From: Flavobacteriaceae bacterium | GTDB lineage: Bacteria; Bacteroidota; Bacteroidia; Flavobacteriales; Flavobacteriaceae | NCBI GenBank assembly: GCA_013214275.1 | Contig: JABSPP010000005.1 | Location: 1-36,151 of the forward strand | Length of the DNA stretch: 36,151 nt | Direction: 5' to 3' | Shown: in pieces, positions 19,129 through 28,462 of the stretch | Layout of the letters: every line of letters starts with the position of its first letter | Numbering within the stretch: position 1 is the stretch's first letter | Position numbers and translations under genes: made by a program | The notes under the pieces: model-generated | The model's database searches: none | Told to the model about the DNA's origin: nothing | What the model saw: only the letters and a program-made list of their open reading frames with translations

Positions 19129-19971
19129 ATGAAGGTTTTTACCACTAAAGAAGCGCTTAAAACCCACCTAAATAGTCCTTCGCTGTGCGCAAAGCAGATA
19201 GGATTTGTTCCTACCATGGGAGCTCTTCACGAAGGTCATCTCTCGTTGTTGAGAGAGTGCAAAAAGAATAACTCTATTAGCGTGGTGAGCATTTTTGTAA
19301 ACCCCATTCAATTTGACAAAAAGGATGATTTGGAAAAATATCCACGAACCTTATCGAATGATTTAAGATTATTAGAAAATGAGGGCTGTGATGTGGTTTT
19401 TACTCCATCTGTGGATGAAATGTATTCAAAAAATAGCTCTACGTTGCAGTTTGATTTTGATGGCTTAGAGGATATAATGGAGGGAGCGTTTAGATCAGGG
19501 CATTTTAATGGTGTGGGAACAGTTGTTAAATTGCTATTTGAGATGATAAATCCTACTCGTGCCTATTTTGGAGAGAAAGACTTTCAGCAGCTGCTAATTA
19601 TCCGTAAGATGGTTGAAAAACATCAACTTCCTGTGCAAATTATTGGGTGCTCTATTTTTAGAGAGGACAACGGACTTGCCATGAGTTCTCGAAATGAGCG
19701 GTTGTCTAAAAGTGCAAAACAGGAAGCCGCTTTGATTTACCGTATTTTGACTGTTGTTAGAGAAATGACGACAAATCATTCGCTTGAGGATATTCATCAA
19801 TGGGTCTGTCTTCAATTCAAGGATCACCCTCTCTTTTTCTTGGAATATTTTATTATTGCTAATGAACGTACGCTACAAACAGCAACAATTATTGATCCTA
19901 AAATTTACTACAGGGCTTTTATAGCGGTTAAGGTAGGTTCTGTTCGGTTGATTGATAATATTGCGCTCTAG
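19129..19971 (+). CDS. panC: Pantoate--beta-alanine ligase
   Basis: GFVPTMGALHEGH, SIFVNP.QF, FGEKDFQQ, GLAMSSRN and RLIDN motifs. Confidence 0.97.
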   Translation: MKVFTTKEALKTHLNSPSLCAKQIGFVPTMGALHEGHLSLLRECKKNNSISVVSIFVNPIQFDKKDDLEKYPRTLSNDLRLLENEGCDVVFTPSVDEMYSKNSSTLQFDFDGLEDIMEGAFRSGHFNGVGTVVKLLFEMINPTRAYFGEKDFQQLLIIRKMVEKHQLPVQIIGCSIFREDNGLAMSSRNERLSKSAKQEAALIYRILTVVREMTTNHSLEDIHQWVCLQFKDHPLFFLEYFIIANERTLQTATIIDPKIYYRAFIAVKVGSVRLIDNIAL

Positions 19972-20120
19972 GGATAGAGAATTTCTTAAAACGAAGGGTT
20001 CTTGTGACCAATTTACAATTTACAATTGTATTTTGCTTGTCTGATTTGACTTTGTTAGAGTCATTAAATGAAATGCTGCCATTTACCGTGATTTTTTTGT
20101 TTGGTCTAAAGGATATTTTG

Positions 20121-20212
20121 AATGCTGCGTTAGGGATAGAAGCGGCATCCTTTTTTGCCCACAAAGAGCAAAAAAGATATAGCGGATAGCGCGACCCAAA
20201 GGGGAACGCCCT
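20121..20212 (-). repeat. Structured intergenic repeat, copy 2 (Flavo-1 RNA-like / REP-like element)
   Basis: Near-identical to 6000-6092 and in the same orientation; most differences fall in the hairpin tips. Confidence 0.8.
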
Positions 20213-20281
20213 TAAAGAAGAACGCACATTTAAGCTTGCTTTTTTTAGTTTTATTATCCATTTTCAGAATCAAAAAAATAG

Positions 20282-20289
20282 TACTTTTG
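20282..20289 (+). promoter_or_regulatory. -7 promoter box (TACTTTTG) for panD
   Basis: Exact TAnnTTTG 4 nt before the ATG. Confidence 0.6.
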
Positions 20290-20293
20290 CCTC

Positions 20294-20644
20294 ATGTTAG
20301 TACAAGTAGTGAAATCTAAAATCCACCGCGTTAAGGTAACAGGTGCTGATTTAAATTATATCGGGAGCATTACGATTGATAAGGATCTTATGGATGCTGC
20401 AAATATTATTGAGGGTGAACGTGTGCAGATTGTTAATAACAACAATGGTGAACGGCTAGAAACCTACGTGATTCCTGGCGCTTGTGGTAGTGGAGAAATC
20501 ACATTAAATGGTGCTGCAGCTAGAAGGGTTGCTGTGGGTGATGTGTTGATTCTCATTGCTTATGCTTTTATGGACTTTGAGGAAGCAAAAACGTTTAAAC
20601 CCGCTCTTGTTTTCCCTAATGAAATGACCAATACACTCACGTAA
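20294..20644 (+). CDS. panD: Aspartate 1-decarboxylase
   Basis: [14 protein letters not shown] self-cleavage site, GERLETY and LNGAAAR motifs. Confidence 0.98.
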   Translation: MLVQVVKSKIHRVKVTGADLNYIGSITIDKDLMDAANIIEGERVQIVNNNNGERLETYVIPGACGSGEITLNGAAARRVAVGDVLILIAYAFMDFEEAKTFKPALVFPNEMTNTLT

Positions 20645-20646
20645 TT

Positions 20647-21609
20647 TTGAATCTAACTTTTAAGAAGTCCTTGAAGATGATCATACCTTTCGCTTTCGGC
20701 GGATTTTTGGTTTGGTATTCTTTTTCTGATATTGATTTTAACAAGTTTACTGCGGATCTAAAAAACGCCAACTATTGGTGGATAGGGCTAAGTTTGTTAT
20801 TTGGAATTTTGAGTCACATTTCAAGGGCGTACAGATGGAGTTTTATGCTGGAACCCATGGGCTATACACCAAGGCTTACTAATAACGTATTGGCTGTATT
20901 GGTTGGTTACTTGGTGAATTACACTATTCCTAGAGCGGGAGAGGCTTCTAGGGCACTAGTACTTACCAACTATGAAGGTATCCCTTTTGAGAAAAGCTTC
21001 GGGACTATTGTTGCAGAGCGGGTAGCGGATTTACTAATGCTGGTTGTAGTTGTGATTGTGACGTTATTTTTACAATTTGATTTTATTCTTGGACTCTTGA
21101 CCAAAAAAGATGATGTGGATGCTAATTCTTGGTGGTTGTGGGTTTTCTTAGGTGTCTTCGTCTTCGGGACAATCGTTTTTTTTGTTTATGTCAAAAAAGC
21201 AACATCGGGGTTTGGTTTAAAGATCAAGAAGATGTTAAATGGCTTGGTTGAAGGGATGTTGAGTATCTTTAAAATGAAAAAGAAATGGTTGTTTATCTTC
21301 CACACCATCTTTATCTGGATCATGTACATTCTTATGTTTTGGGTGGTGACCTTCTCTATTGATGGGTTATCTGTTCCTATTGGTGCTATCTTAGTAGGTT
21401 TTATTGCAGGGGCATTTAGTATTGCTGCAACGCCCGGTGGAATTGGATCTTATCCGGTCTCTGTGAGTGCGGCATTTGTCTTGTTTGGTGTCTCCAAGGA
21501 GCTCGGCGATTCATTCGGTTGGATGATGTGGGGATCGCAAACAGCTATGGTGATTTTCTTTGGAGGGTTGTCATTCTTGTTGCTTCCCATATACAATAAA
21601 CAACAGTAA
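20647..21609 (+). CDS. Lysylphosphatidylglycerol synthase TM-domain / flippase-like membrane protein
   Basis: RAYRW, NYTIPRAGE.SR, ERVAD and TPGGIG motifs; multiple TM helices; TTG start. Confidence 0.88.
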   Translation: MNLTFKKSLKMIIPFAFGGFLVWYSFSDIDFNKFTADLKNANYWWIGLSLLFGILSHISRAYRWSFMLEPMGYTPRLTNNVLAVLVGYLVNYTIPRAGEASRALVLTNYEGIPFEKSFGTIVAERVADLLMLVVVVIVTLFLQFDFILGLLTKKDDVDANSWWLWVFLGVFVFGTIVFFVYVKKATSGFGLKIKKMLNGLVEGMLSIFKMKKKWLFIFHTIFIWIMYILMFWVVTFSIDGLSVPIGAILVGFIAGAFSIAATPGGIGSYPVSVSAAFVLFGVSKELGDSFGWMMWGSQTAMVIFFGGLSFLLLPIYNKQQ

Positions 21610-21640
21610 TTTTCTTTTCTTTGTGTAAATCATTTACTTG

Positions 21641-22999
21641 ATGGCTAAAAATAAGACCTCTTTTTTCTGCAAGAATTGCGGAACTCAACACGCCAAATGG
21701 ATGGGGCAATGTACTGTTTGTGGTGAATGGAATACGATTGTAGAGGAAGTAGTTCAAAAAGAAGTACAACGAGCGTGGAAACAATCTACTTCTGTTAAAG
21801 GAGTCTCTAAGCCGCTTAAAATTAACGAGATTGTTCTTAATCCTGAGGAACGAATTTCAACCAATAATTCAGAATTAGATCCTGTTTTGGGTGGTGGATT
21901 GGTGCGTGGTTCGGTTACTTTACTTGGTGGCGAACCAGGTATTGGGAAATCTACTTTACTACTACAAATAGCTCTTTCTATTCCACAAAAAGTGTTGTAT
22001 GTCTCCGGTGAGGAAAGTCAGTCGCAGGTTAAAATGCGAGCAGAACGGCTGGTAAATCGTTCTTCAGAGTGTTTAATTCTTACCGAAACGAATACACAAA
22101 CTATTTTTCGAAGTATTGAAGAGGTAGAGCCAAACGTATTGGTCATTGATTCCATTCAAACACTGCATACAAATTCTATTGATGCTTCCCCTGGGAGCAT
22201 TTCTCAAATTAGAGAAACCACAGCCGAACTGATTAAATATGCCAAAGAAACTGCCACTCCTGTGCTACTCATTGGTCATATTAACAAAGAAGGACAGATA
22301 GCAGGGCCTAAAATTTTGGAACACATGGTAGATGTGGTACTTCAGTTTGAAGGCGATCGAAATCATGCTTACAGGATTCTGAGATCACAAAAAAACCGAT
22401 TTGGTTCTACGGCAGAGTTGGGCATCTTCGAAATGCGATCAGATGGGTTGCACGAAGTTTCCAACCCATCTGAAATACTTATTTCAAAGAAGGATGCCGA
22501 TCTTAGCGGAACAGCGATTGCATCGACCTTAGAAGGGATTCGGCCGTTGATGATTGAAATTCAGGCTCTGGTGAGTAGTGCGGTCTATGGAACTCCACAG
22601 CGAACGACTACAGGGTATAATCTAAAACGACTTCACATGATACTAGCTGTTTTAGAAAAACGTGCAGGTTTTAGGCTGGGTACTAAAGATGTCTTTCTTA
22701 ATATTACGGGAGGTATTTCTGTAGATGACCCTGCTATTGATCTTGCAGTTGTTGCTTCAATCTTGTCATCTAATCAAGATATTGCCATCTCTCCTCATGT
22801 CTGTTTTGCTGGGGAAGTGGGCTTGGCTGGCGAAATAAGGCCTGTCTCTAAGATTGACCAGCGAATCACTGAAGCACGAAAGTTAGGATATAAGACCATT
22901 GTTATTTCCAAGTACAACCAAGTTACTGTCCAAGAGGAAGAGATACAACTTATCTTAGTTGGCAAGATTAATGAAGTTTTTGCAGCATTATTTGCTTGA
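21641..22999 (+). CDS. radA: DNA repair protein RadA/Sms
   Basis: C4 zinc finger, GEPGIGKSTLLLQ, KNRFG motif and Lon-like C-terminus. ATG at 21641 preferred to TTG at 21638. Confidence 0.98.
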   Translation: MAKNKTSFFCKNCGTQHAKWMGQCTVCGEWNTIVEEVVQKEVQRAWKQSTSVKGVSKPLKINEIVLNPEERISTNNSELDPVLGGGLVRGSVTLLGGEPGIGKSTLLLQIALSIPQKVLYVSGEESQSQVKMRAERLVNRSSECLILTETNTQTIFRSIEEVEPNVLVIDSIQTLHTNSIDASPGSISQIRETTAELIKYAKETATPVLLIGHINKEGQIAGPKILEHMVDVVLQFEGDRNHAYRILRSQKNRFGSTAELGIFEMRSDGLHEVSNPSEILISKKDADLSGTAIASTLEGIRPLMIEIQALVSSAVYGTPQRTTTGYNLKRLHMILAVLEKRAGFRLGTKDVFLNITGGISVDDPAIDLAVVASILSSNQDIAISPHVCFAGEVGLAGEIRPVSKIDQRITEARKLGYKTIVISKYNQVTVQEEEIQLILVGKINEVFAALFA

Positions 23000-23033
23000 G
23001 CTTTCTAGCAACTAGAAATTAATAGAAGAGGTT

Positions 23034-23780
23034 TTATCTTTTATTTACCTGTTTGATATACCTTTCTAATGCCATTGTCATAGACGGTGTCTCAGGTGTT
23101 GGTGCAGTAATATTACATTTTAAACCTGCTTCGTTGGCTGCTTTGACAGTTGAATTTCCAAATACTGCGATCCTCGTATTATTTTGTTTAAAATTGGGGA
23201 AATTTTTAAAGAGAGAATCAATTCCCGATGGACTAAAAAATACCAAAACATCATAGAATACGTCTTCTAAATCGGACAGATCACTGACTACGGTTTTGTA
23301 CAAAATTGCTCTTTTCCATTGAACCCCAAGAGAGTCTAACTCTACGGGAATGAGTGGTTTTAATTTATCAGATGACGGCAGTAAGAATTTTTCATTTTTA
23401 TGCTTTTTGATGAGTTTCAGCAATTCTGAAAATGTTCTTGTTCCCACGTAAATCTTACGCTTTCTATACACAACATATTTTTGTAAATAATAGGCTACAG
23501 CTTCAGACTGGCAAAAATACTTCATCGTGTCTGGAACTTTAAAACGCATCTCTTCTGCAATCCTAAAAAAATGATCTACAGCATTTCTACTTGTTAGAAT
23601 GATGGCCGTGAACTTAGACAAATCGATTTTTTGTGTTCTGACTTCTTTGGAGTTCACACCTTCTACATGAATGAAAGGCCTGAAATCTATCTTCACTTTT
23701 TGCTTTTCAGAAAGTTCCAAATAAGGGGATGTCTCTGTCTTAGGTGCTGGCTGGGAAACCAATATAGTTTTCACTTTCAT
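23034..23780 (-). CDS. hemD: Uroporphyrinogen-III synthase
   Basis: ILVSQP, IILTSRNAVD, YKTV and FFSPSGI motifs. Confidence 0.88.
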   Translation of the reverse strand: MKVKTILVSQPAPKTETSPYLELSEKQKVKIDFRPFIHVEGVNSKEVRTQKIDLSKFTAIILTSRNAVDHFFRIAEEMRFKVPDTMKYFCQSEAVAYYLQKYVVYRKRKIYVGTRTFSELLKLIKKHKNEKFLLPSSDKLKPLIPVELDSLGVQWKRAILYKTVVSDLSDLEDVFYDVLVFFSPSGIDSLFKNFPNFKQNNTRIAVFGNSTVKAANEAGLKCNITAPTPETPSMTMALERYIKQVNKR

Positions 23781-23798
23781 AATCTACAGCTTCTTTAA

Positions 23799-24476
23799 TT
23801 ATATCATCAGCTTTAATACCACCATTAACGGTACTATTTCGAAGGCGCAAAGGTACAAAATAAAATAAAACAACTCTTTTAGGATTAGATTTTTGTTATA
23901 TATCAAAATAATTACAAATCGAACTAAAAATAGTGCAGCAATTCCTAGCGATAGCAATACAATCCACATAAAATCACCCTTTGTCTTTTCAAATCCGTAA
24001 AAGCAACACAGGTTTAAAAAGAATATTCCAATAGAGATGGAGCATAAATACACTCTTTTAGAGATAAAAAAATAGCTCAGTTGCTCTGTTATTTGAAAAA
24101 GATTCAAAAGGAGGTTTTCTACTATAATTCTTCCCAAGATATAGACTAAAATATACGATGCAACTTGAGAAAATTCTAAAAAAGAAAACATCCACTTTCC
24201 TTGACCATGGTTGAGTAAAAAATAGGACGACAGTGATATGTTTAAGAATGAAAAGAAAAGAAAGCTTAGGTCAAAGATGCCTAAAAATGGCTTCTTTTCC
24301 TGTGCACTGATCTCTATGAACCCTCTATTGAAAATAGACAATGCATACCCTTTCATTTTCTCAGCATTAAATAGTTTGAGTAAAAATAGAATGAGCAAAC
24401 ACAGTACAAATATTGCAGTAATCCAATCATGGGACACGATGACTCGTTCATTAGCTTGTATTAAGAGATGTATCAC
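23799..24476 (-). CDS. DUF4271 family membrane protein
   Basis: Hydrophobic protein ending FYFILYLCAFEIVP, directly upstream of hemD. Exact start uncertain. Confidence 0.82.
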   Translation of the reverse strand: MIHLLIQANERVIVSHDWITAIFVLCLLILFLLKLFNAEKMKGYALSIFNRGFIEISAQEKKPFLGIFDLSFLFFSFLNISLSSYFLLNHGQGKWMFSFLEFSQVASYILVYILGRIIVENLLLNLFQITEQLSYFFISKRVYLCSISIGIFFLNLCCFYGFEKTKGDFMWIVLLSLGIAALFLVRFVIILIYNKNLILKELFYFILYLCAFEIVPLMVVLKLMI

Positions 24477-24654
24477 ATGTTTGGATTTATACTAACTATT
24501 TGGCATTTAACTATTTCCTCTTATTTAGACGTCGGTCTTCATTCGACCAATCCCCCAACCAGGGTTTCACACGTTTAGATTTACATTAGATGTTTGATTT
24601 TAAGCATTTCCTTTTGTCAATCTATCAAAAAGGGCTTTATCAATGCTACTCCAG

Positions 24655-24662
24655 CAAAAGTA
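24655..24662 (-). promoter_or_regulatory. -7 promoter box (TACTTTTG) upstream of DUF4271
   Basis: Exact TAnnTTTG on the minus strand, about 180 nt upstream of the ORF. Confidence 0.4.
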
Positions 24663-24808
24663 CGTGATTTTTTGAATGAATCCCTTCAGATTTTCCACTG
24701 CATTGATGTTTTAAATCCAACTGTGTCTTTGACTAAAGACACCGTTTTTTAGTATTTTTTTAAATAAACTTTAGCGTCCTCACTAAAATTTTTGGGAGTA
24801 AAAAAATG

Positions 24809-24816
24809 TATCTTTG
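24809..24816 (+). promoter_or_regulatory. -7 promoter box (TATCTTTG) for the GT2-pyrC-DUF4296 operon
   Basis: Exact TAnnTTTG 21 nt before the ATG at 24838. Confidence 0.65.
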
Positions 24817-24837
24817 TGATCTCACTTGATCGTTTTT

Positions 24838-25554
24838 ATGGCAGATGCACTTGTTATTATTCCTACCTACAATGAGAGAGAAAACATTGAGGGGATCATT
24901 CATGCTATCTTTAATCAAGAGAAAGACTTCCACATACTTGTGGTAGATGATAACTCTCCTGACGGGACAGGAGAAATTGTTAAAACCTTAATAAAAAAAC
25001 GTCCCAATCAACTTTTTATTGAGGAACGAAAAGGCAAAAATGGTTTAGGTACTGCCTACATACACGGTTTTAAATGGGGTCTTGCAAAAAATTATGAGTA
25101 CATTATTGAAATGGATGCAGATTTCTCTCACAATCCAAAAGATTTGATTCGACTATACAATGCCTGTGCAAAAAACGGAGCTGATGTTTCCGTAGGGTCG
25201 CGATATTCAAAAGGAGTGAACGTGGTAAACTGGCCTATGAAAAGAGTCTTGCTCTCTTATTTTGCTTCTAAATACGTGCGTTTTGTTACGGGACTTCCAG
25301 TACACGACACGACTGCTGGATTTGTATGCTATAAACGTTCTGTCTTAGAGACGATTCAACTTGATAAGATCCGTTTTGTGGGTTATGCTTTTCAAATTGA
25401 AATGAAATTCAAATCATGGAAACACCAGTTCAACATTCAGGAGGTTTCAGTAATTTTTACCGATAGAACAGCAGGAGAGTCCAAAATGAGTGGTGGGATT
25501 GTATATGAAGCCCTGCTTGGTGTGATTAAAATGAGATTAAAAGGACTGCGATGA
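24838..25554 (+). CDS. Polyprenol monophosphomannose synthase (GT2, Dpm1-like)
   Basis: IIPTYNERENI, VDDNSPDGT, EMDADFSH and GYAFQIE motifs. ATG start chosen over the TTG at 24826. Confidence 0.92.
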   Translation: MADALVIIPTYNERENIEGIIHAIFNQEKDFHILVVDDNSPDGTGEIVKTLIKKRPNQLFIEERKGKNGLGTAYIHGFKWGLAKNYEYIIEMDADFSHNPKDLIRLYNACAKNGADVSVGSRYSKGVNVVNWPMKRVLLSYFASKYVRFVTGLPVHDTTAGFVCYKRSVLETIQLDKIRFVGYAFQIEMKFKSWKHQFNIQEVSVIFTDRTAGESKMSGGIVYEALLGVIKMRLKGLR

Positions 25555-26891
25555 ACTTATATCTGATTAAAAATGCTAGAATTGTCAACGAAGGTACCAT
25601 ACTACACGGTGATGTTCTTGTTGAAAACGGAATTATCCAGCAAATAGGGTCTAACATTTTTAAAGAGGGTATTCCACTTTTGGATGCAAAGGATAAGTTC
25701 CTAATTCCAGGGCTTATTGATGATCAAGTTCATTTTAGAGAACCTGGACTTACTCACAAAGCAAATATCGCTACAGAGAGTAGGGCTGCAGTCTCTGGTG
25801 GAATCACAACTTTTATAGAGCAACCGAACACTATTCCCCAAGCAACAACACAAAAATTGCTTCAGGAAAAGTTTGATATTGCGGAAAAGTCTTCCTACGT
25901 CAATTACTCATTTATGTTCGGAGGAACCAATGACAACCTAGAAGAATTGCTTAAAACAAATCCGAAGAATGTGGCTGGCATCAAATTATTTCTGGGATCT
26001 TCAACGGGGAATATGTTGGTGGATAATCCCGAAGTCTTAGAGAATATTTTTTCTTCTACAAAACTGATTATTTCTGTACACTGCGAGGATGAAGCGACTA
26101 TTAAAGCAAATACTCTGCATTACAAGTCCATTTATGGCGATGATATTCCTGTTGAGCTACACCCAGTAATTAGGAGTGACAAGGCCTGTTATCTTTCTTC
26201 TTCTAAGGCCATAGAGCTGGCAAAGAAGACAGGTGCCCGACTGCATATCTTTCATCTATCTACTGCCAAAGAAATGGCTTTGTTTAGAAATGACATCCCT
26301 TTAGAAAAAAAGCAAATTACCGCTGAAGTGTGTGTGCATCACCTGTGGTTCTCAGAGGAAGACTACAAAGACAAGGGGACCCTTATTAAATGGAATCCAG
26401 CAGTAAAAAAAGCAACCGATAGAGCGGCCTTGTGGGAGGCGTTGCTAGATGATCGTCTGGATGTTATAGCCACCGATCATGCTCCCCACACCCTAGAGGA
26501 GAAGCAACAACCTTATACAAAAGCTCCCAGCGGAGGCCCTCTGGTACAGCATGCACTTCTAGCACTTGTAGAGAAGGTAAAAGAAGGAGTCTGGACAATG
26601 GAGAAACTCGTGGAAAAAGCCTGTCATAATCCTGCCAAAATCTTTCAGATAGAAAAACGAGGTTTTATCAGAGAGGGCTATTTTGCAGACCTTGTTCTTT
26701 TGGATGATAAAAAAACTCAGACTGTGAGTAGAGACACCATTTTATACAAATGTGGCTGGTCTCCCTTTGAAGGAACTACCTTCTCCTCTACAGTAACACA
26801 TACTTTTGTGAATGGGGTTTTGATTTACGATAATGGGGTTTTTAATAACACAATTAAAGGAAAGAGAATTACATTTAATCGAGAGTTATGA
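25551..26891 (+). CDS. pyrC: Dihydroorotase
   Basis: PGLIDDQVHFREPG, HCED, HIFHLST, KWNP and ATDHAPH motifs. Confidence 0.92.
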   Translation: MNLYLIKNARIVNEGTILHGDVLVENGIIQQIGSNIFKEGIPLLDAKDKFLIPGLIDDQVHFREPGLTHKANIATESRAAVSGGITTFIEQPNTIPQATTQKLLQEKFDIAEKSSYVNYSFMFGGTNDNLEELLKTNPKNVAGIKLFLGSSTGNMLVDNPEVLENIFSSTKLIISVHCEDEATIKANTLHYKSIYGDDIPVELHPVIRSDKACYLSSSKAIELAKKTGARLHIFHLSTAKEMALFRNDIPLEKKQITAEVCVHHLWFSEEDYKDKGTLIKWNPAVKKATDRAALWEALLDDRLDVIATDHAPHTLEEKQQPYTKAPSGGPLVQHALLALVEKVKEGVWTMEKLVEKACHNPAKIFQIEKRGFIREGYFADLVLLDDKKTQTVSRDTILYKCGWSPFEGTTFSSTVTHTFVNGVLIYDNGVFNNTIKGKRITFNREL

Positions 26892-27361
26892 GGACTATCT
26901 CAATGATATTAGGAACATTCATTCTTGTGTTGTCATGCACAAGCAATACGATCTACAAGAAGCCAGAAGATTTGATTTCTGAAGATTCTATGGTTGTATT
27001 ACTAAGAGATTTATATCTAGCAACCTCAGCAAAGAACTTCAAAAATAAAAATCTACAGCGCAAGTTTAGCTACATTCCTCTGGTATATGAAAAACATAAA
27101 ATTGATAGCAACAGATTTCAAAGAAGCAATCTTTATTATACCTCTAAAATAGATCTTTACGAGCCAATGTTAAAAAAGGTATTGGCCTCTCTTGAAAAAG
27201 ATAGGTCTTTATATGCCAAACAAAAAAAGATAAAAGACTCAACCAGAAGGGATTCTCTAAAGAAAGTTCGCATAAAAAATCGTAAGAAGAACACGAATAA
27301 CGTTGTTCCTGAAGAAAAAATGATAAAAGAATTTAAAGTCGTAAAAAAAAGCAATCAGTAG
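26888..27361 (+). CDS. DUF4296 family lipoprotein
   Basis: Lipobox VLSC, KPEDLISEDSM and KIDS.RF..S..YY pattern; ATGA overlap with pyrC. Confidence 0.8.
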   Translation: MRTISMILGTFILVLSCTSNTIYKKPEDLISEDSMVVLLRDLYLATSAKNFKNKNLQRKFSYIPLVYEKHKIDSNRFQRSNLYYTSKIDLYEPMLKKVLASLEKDRSLYAKQKKIKDSTRRDSLKKVRIKNRKKNTNNVVPEEKMIKEFKVVKKSNQ

Positions 27362-28350
27362 TCATTGCATACCTGTTTGATTACATCTCTAATTTTTTGA
27401 AACTGAAAGTCCAATGTATTTTTAATTTTCTCAGAGCTGTAGTATGCTTTCGAATGTAGCGATCGTGCTGAGTATTTGCTTATTCTTGGTTTTCTGGAGG
27501 TGAGCTTAAACAAAAACCACTCCCATCTCCAAAAGGCTTCAGTGACCCAAGCAGCTACTGCTTTTGATGGGTGTTTCTTTCCAAATTCATCGGCAATGGT
27601 ATTGAGGATCTCGGAAAAACTCTTATGCTCTGCAACCAAAACAAATCGTTCATTTTTTAGAGGGCTATTCATTAACTGAATCATTGCACTAACCACATCT
27701 TTCACTCCTACAAACCCCGTAACACCTTTTGTGTAATACGAAAATCCTTTATGAACCTTAGTAAATACTTTTCCAGTTCCTGAGTTCCAAAACCCACTTC
27801 CCAAAATAACACCAGGATTCACAATAACCACATCAACTCCCTCTTGACTGGCTCTCCAAACTTCTATTTCACCCCCGTGTTTGGTAATGGCATATCCGTG
27901 ATTTTTCTCACTATTCGACCATTGGTTATCTTCATCAGAAACTAGTTTTTTTGAATTCCCTCCTAGGGCTGCTATCGAACTTACATAGCAAAACTTTTTT
28001 ACACCCACATCTATGGAAAGGTTGACCATGATAGCTGTTCCATGGATATTTACTTTTCGCATTTTGCGGTAATCAGAAGGATCAAAAGAAATAAGCGCAG
28101 CACAATGATAAACCTGGGATACTCCCTCAAAAACAGGAATCATGCTTGGTACATCGGTAATGTCTGCCTGATGCCAATCAATTTTAGAGAAATATTCATC
28201 TCCTTTTTTGGTGTAGTAAGAAAAGACTTTTCGCACATTGGGCAGTCCGTCACGAGTTCGATAGACTGCTCTTACACGATCGTTTCTTAAGGTTAAATGA
28301 TACAACAAATGAGAACCCACTAGTCCTGTTCCTCCAGTAACTAAAATCAT
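27355..28350 (-). CDS. NAD-dependent epimerase/dehydratase (extended SDR)
   Basis: ILVTGGTGLVG, YHCAA, YVSS and YxxxK (YAITK) motifs. Confidence 0.93.
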   Translation of the reverse strand: MILVTGGTGLVGSHLLYHLTLRNDRVRAVYRTRDGLPNVRKVFSYYTKKGDEYFSKIDWHQADITDVPSMIPVFEGVSQVYHCAALISFDPSDYRKMRKVNIHGTAIMVNLSIDVGVKKFCYVSSIAALGGNSKKLVSDEDNQWSNSEKNHGYAITKHGGEIEVWRASQEGVDVVIVNPGVILGSGFWNSGTGKVFTKVHKGFSYYTKGVTGFVGVKDVVSAMIQLMNSPLKNERFVLVAEHKSFSEILNTIADEFGKKHPSKAVAAWVTEAFWRWEWFLFKLTSRKPRISKYSARSLHSKAYYSSEKIKNTLDFQFQKIRDVIKQVCNDY

Positions 28351-28382
28351 ATAACGAAGTTAGGTTATTTACGCTAGAAATG

Positions 28383-28390
28383 TATCTTTG
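28383..28390 (+). promoter_or_regulatory. -7 promoter box (TATCTTTG) for tyrS
   Basis: Exact TAnnTTTG 72 nt upstream of the ATG. Confidence 0.55.
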
Positions 28391-28462
28391 TTATTGATAA
28401 AAGAAATTCTATTGTCTAAGTTCCCTAAGGATATTCTGAATGCGTATTTTAACTAGAAAATC

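Noticed and set aside
19969-19978. TAGGGATAGA at the panC stop matching part of repeat copy 2
   Set aside because: Only 10 bp, with no further similarity on either side.
19928-20227. ORFs 19928-20227 (-) and 20004-20189 (+)
   Set aside because: They are translations across the structured repeat and spacer, with no protein motifs.
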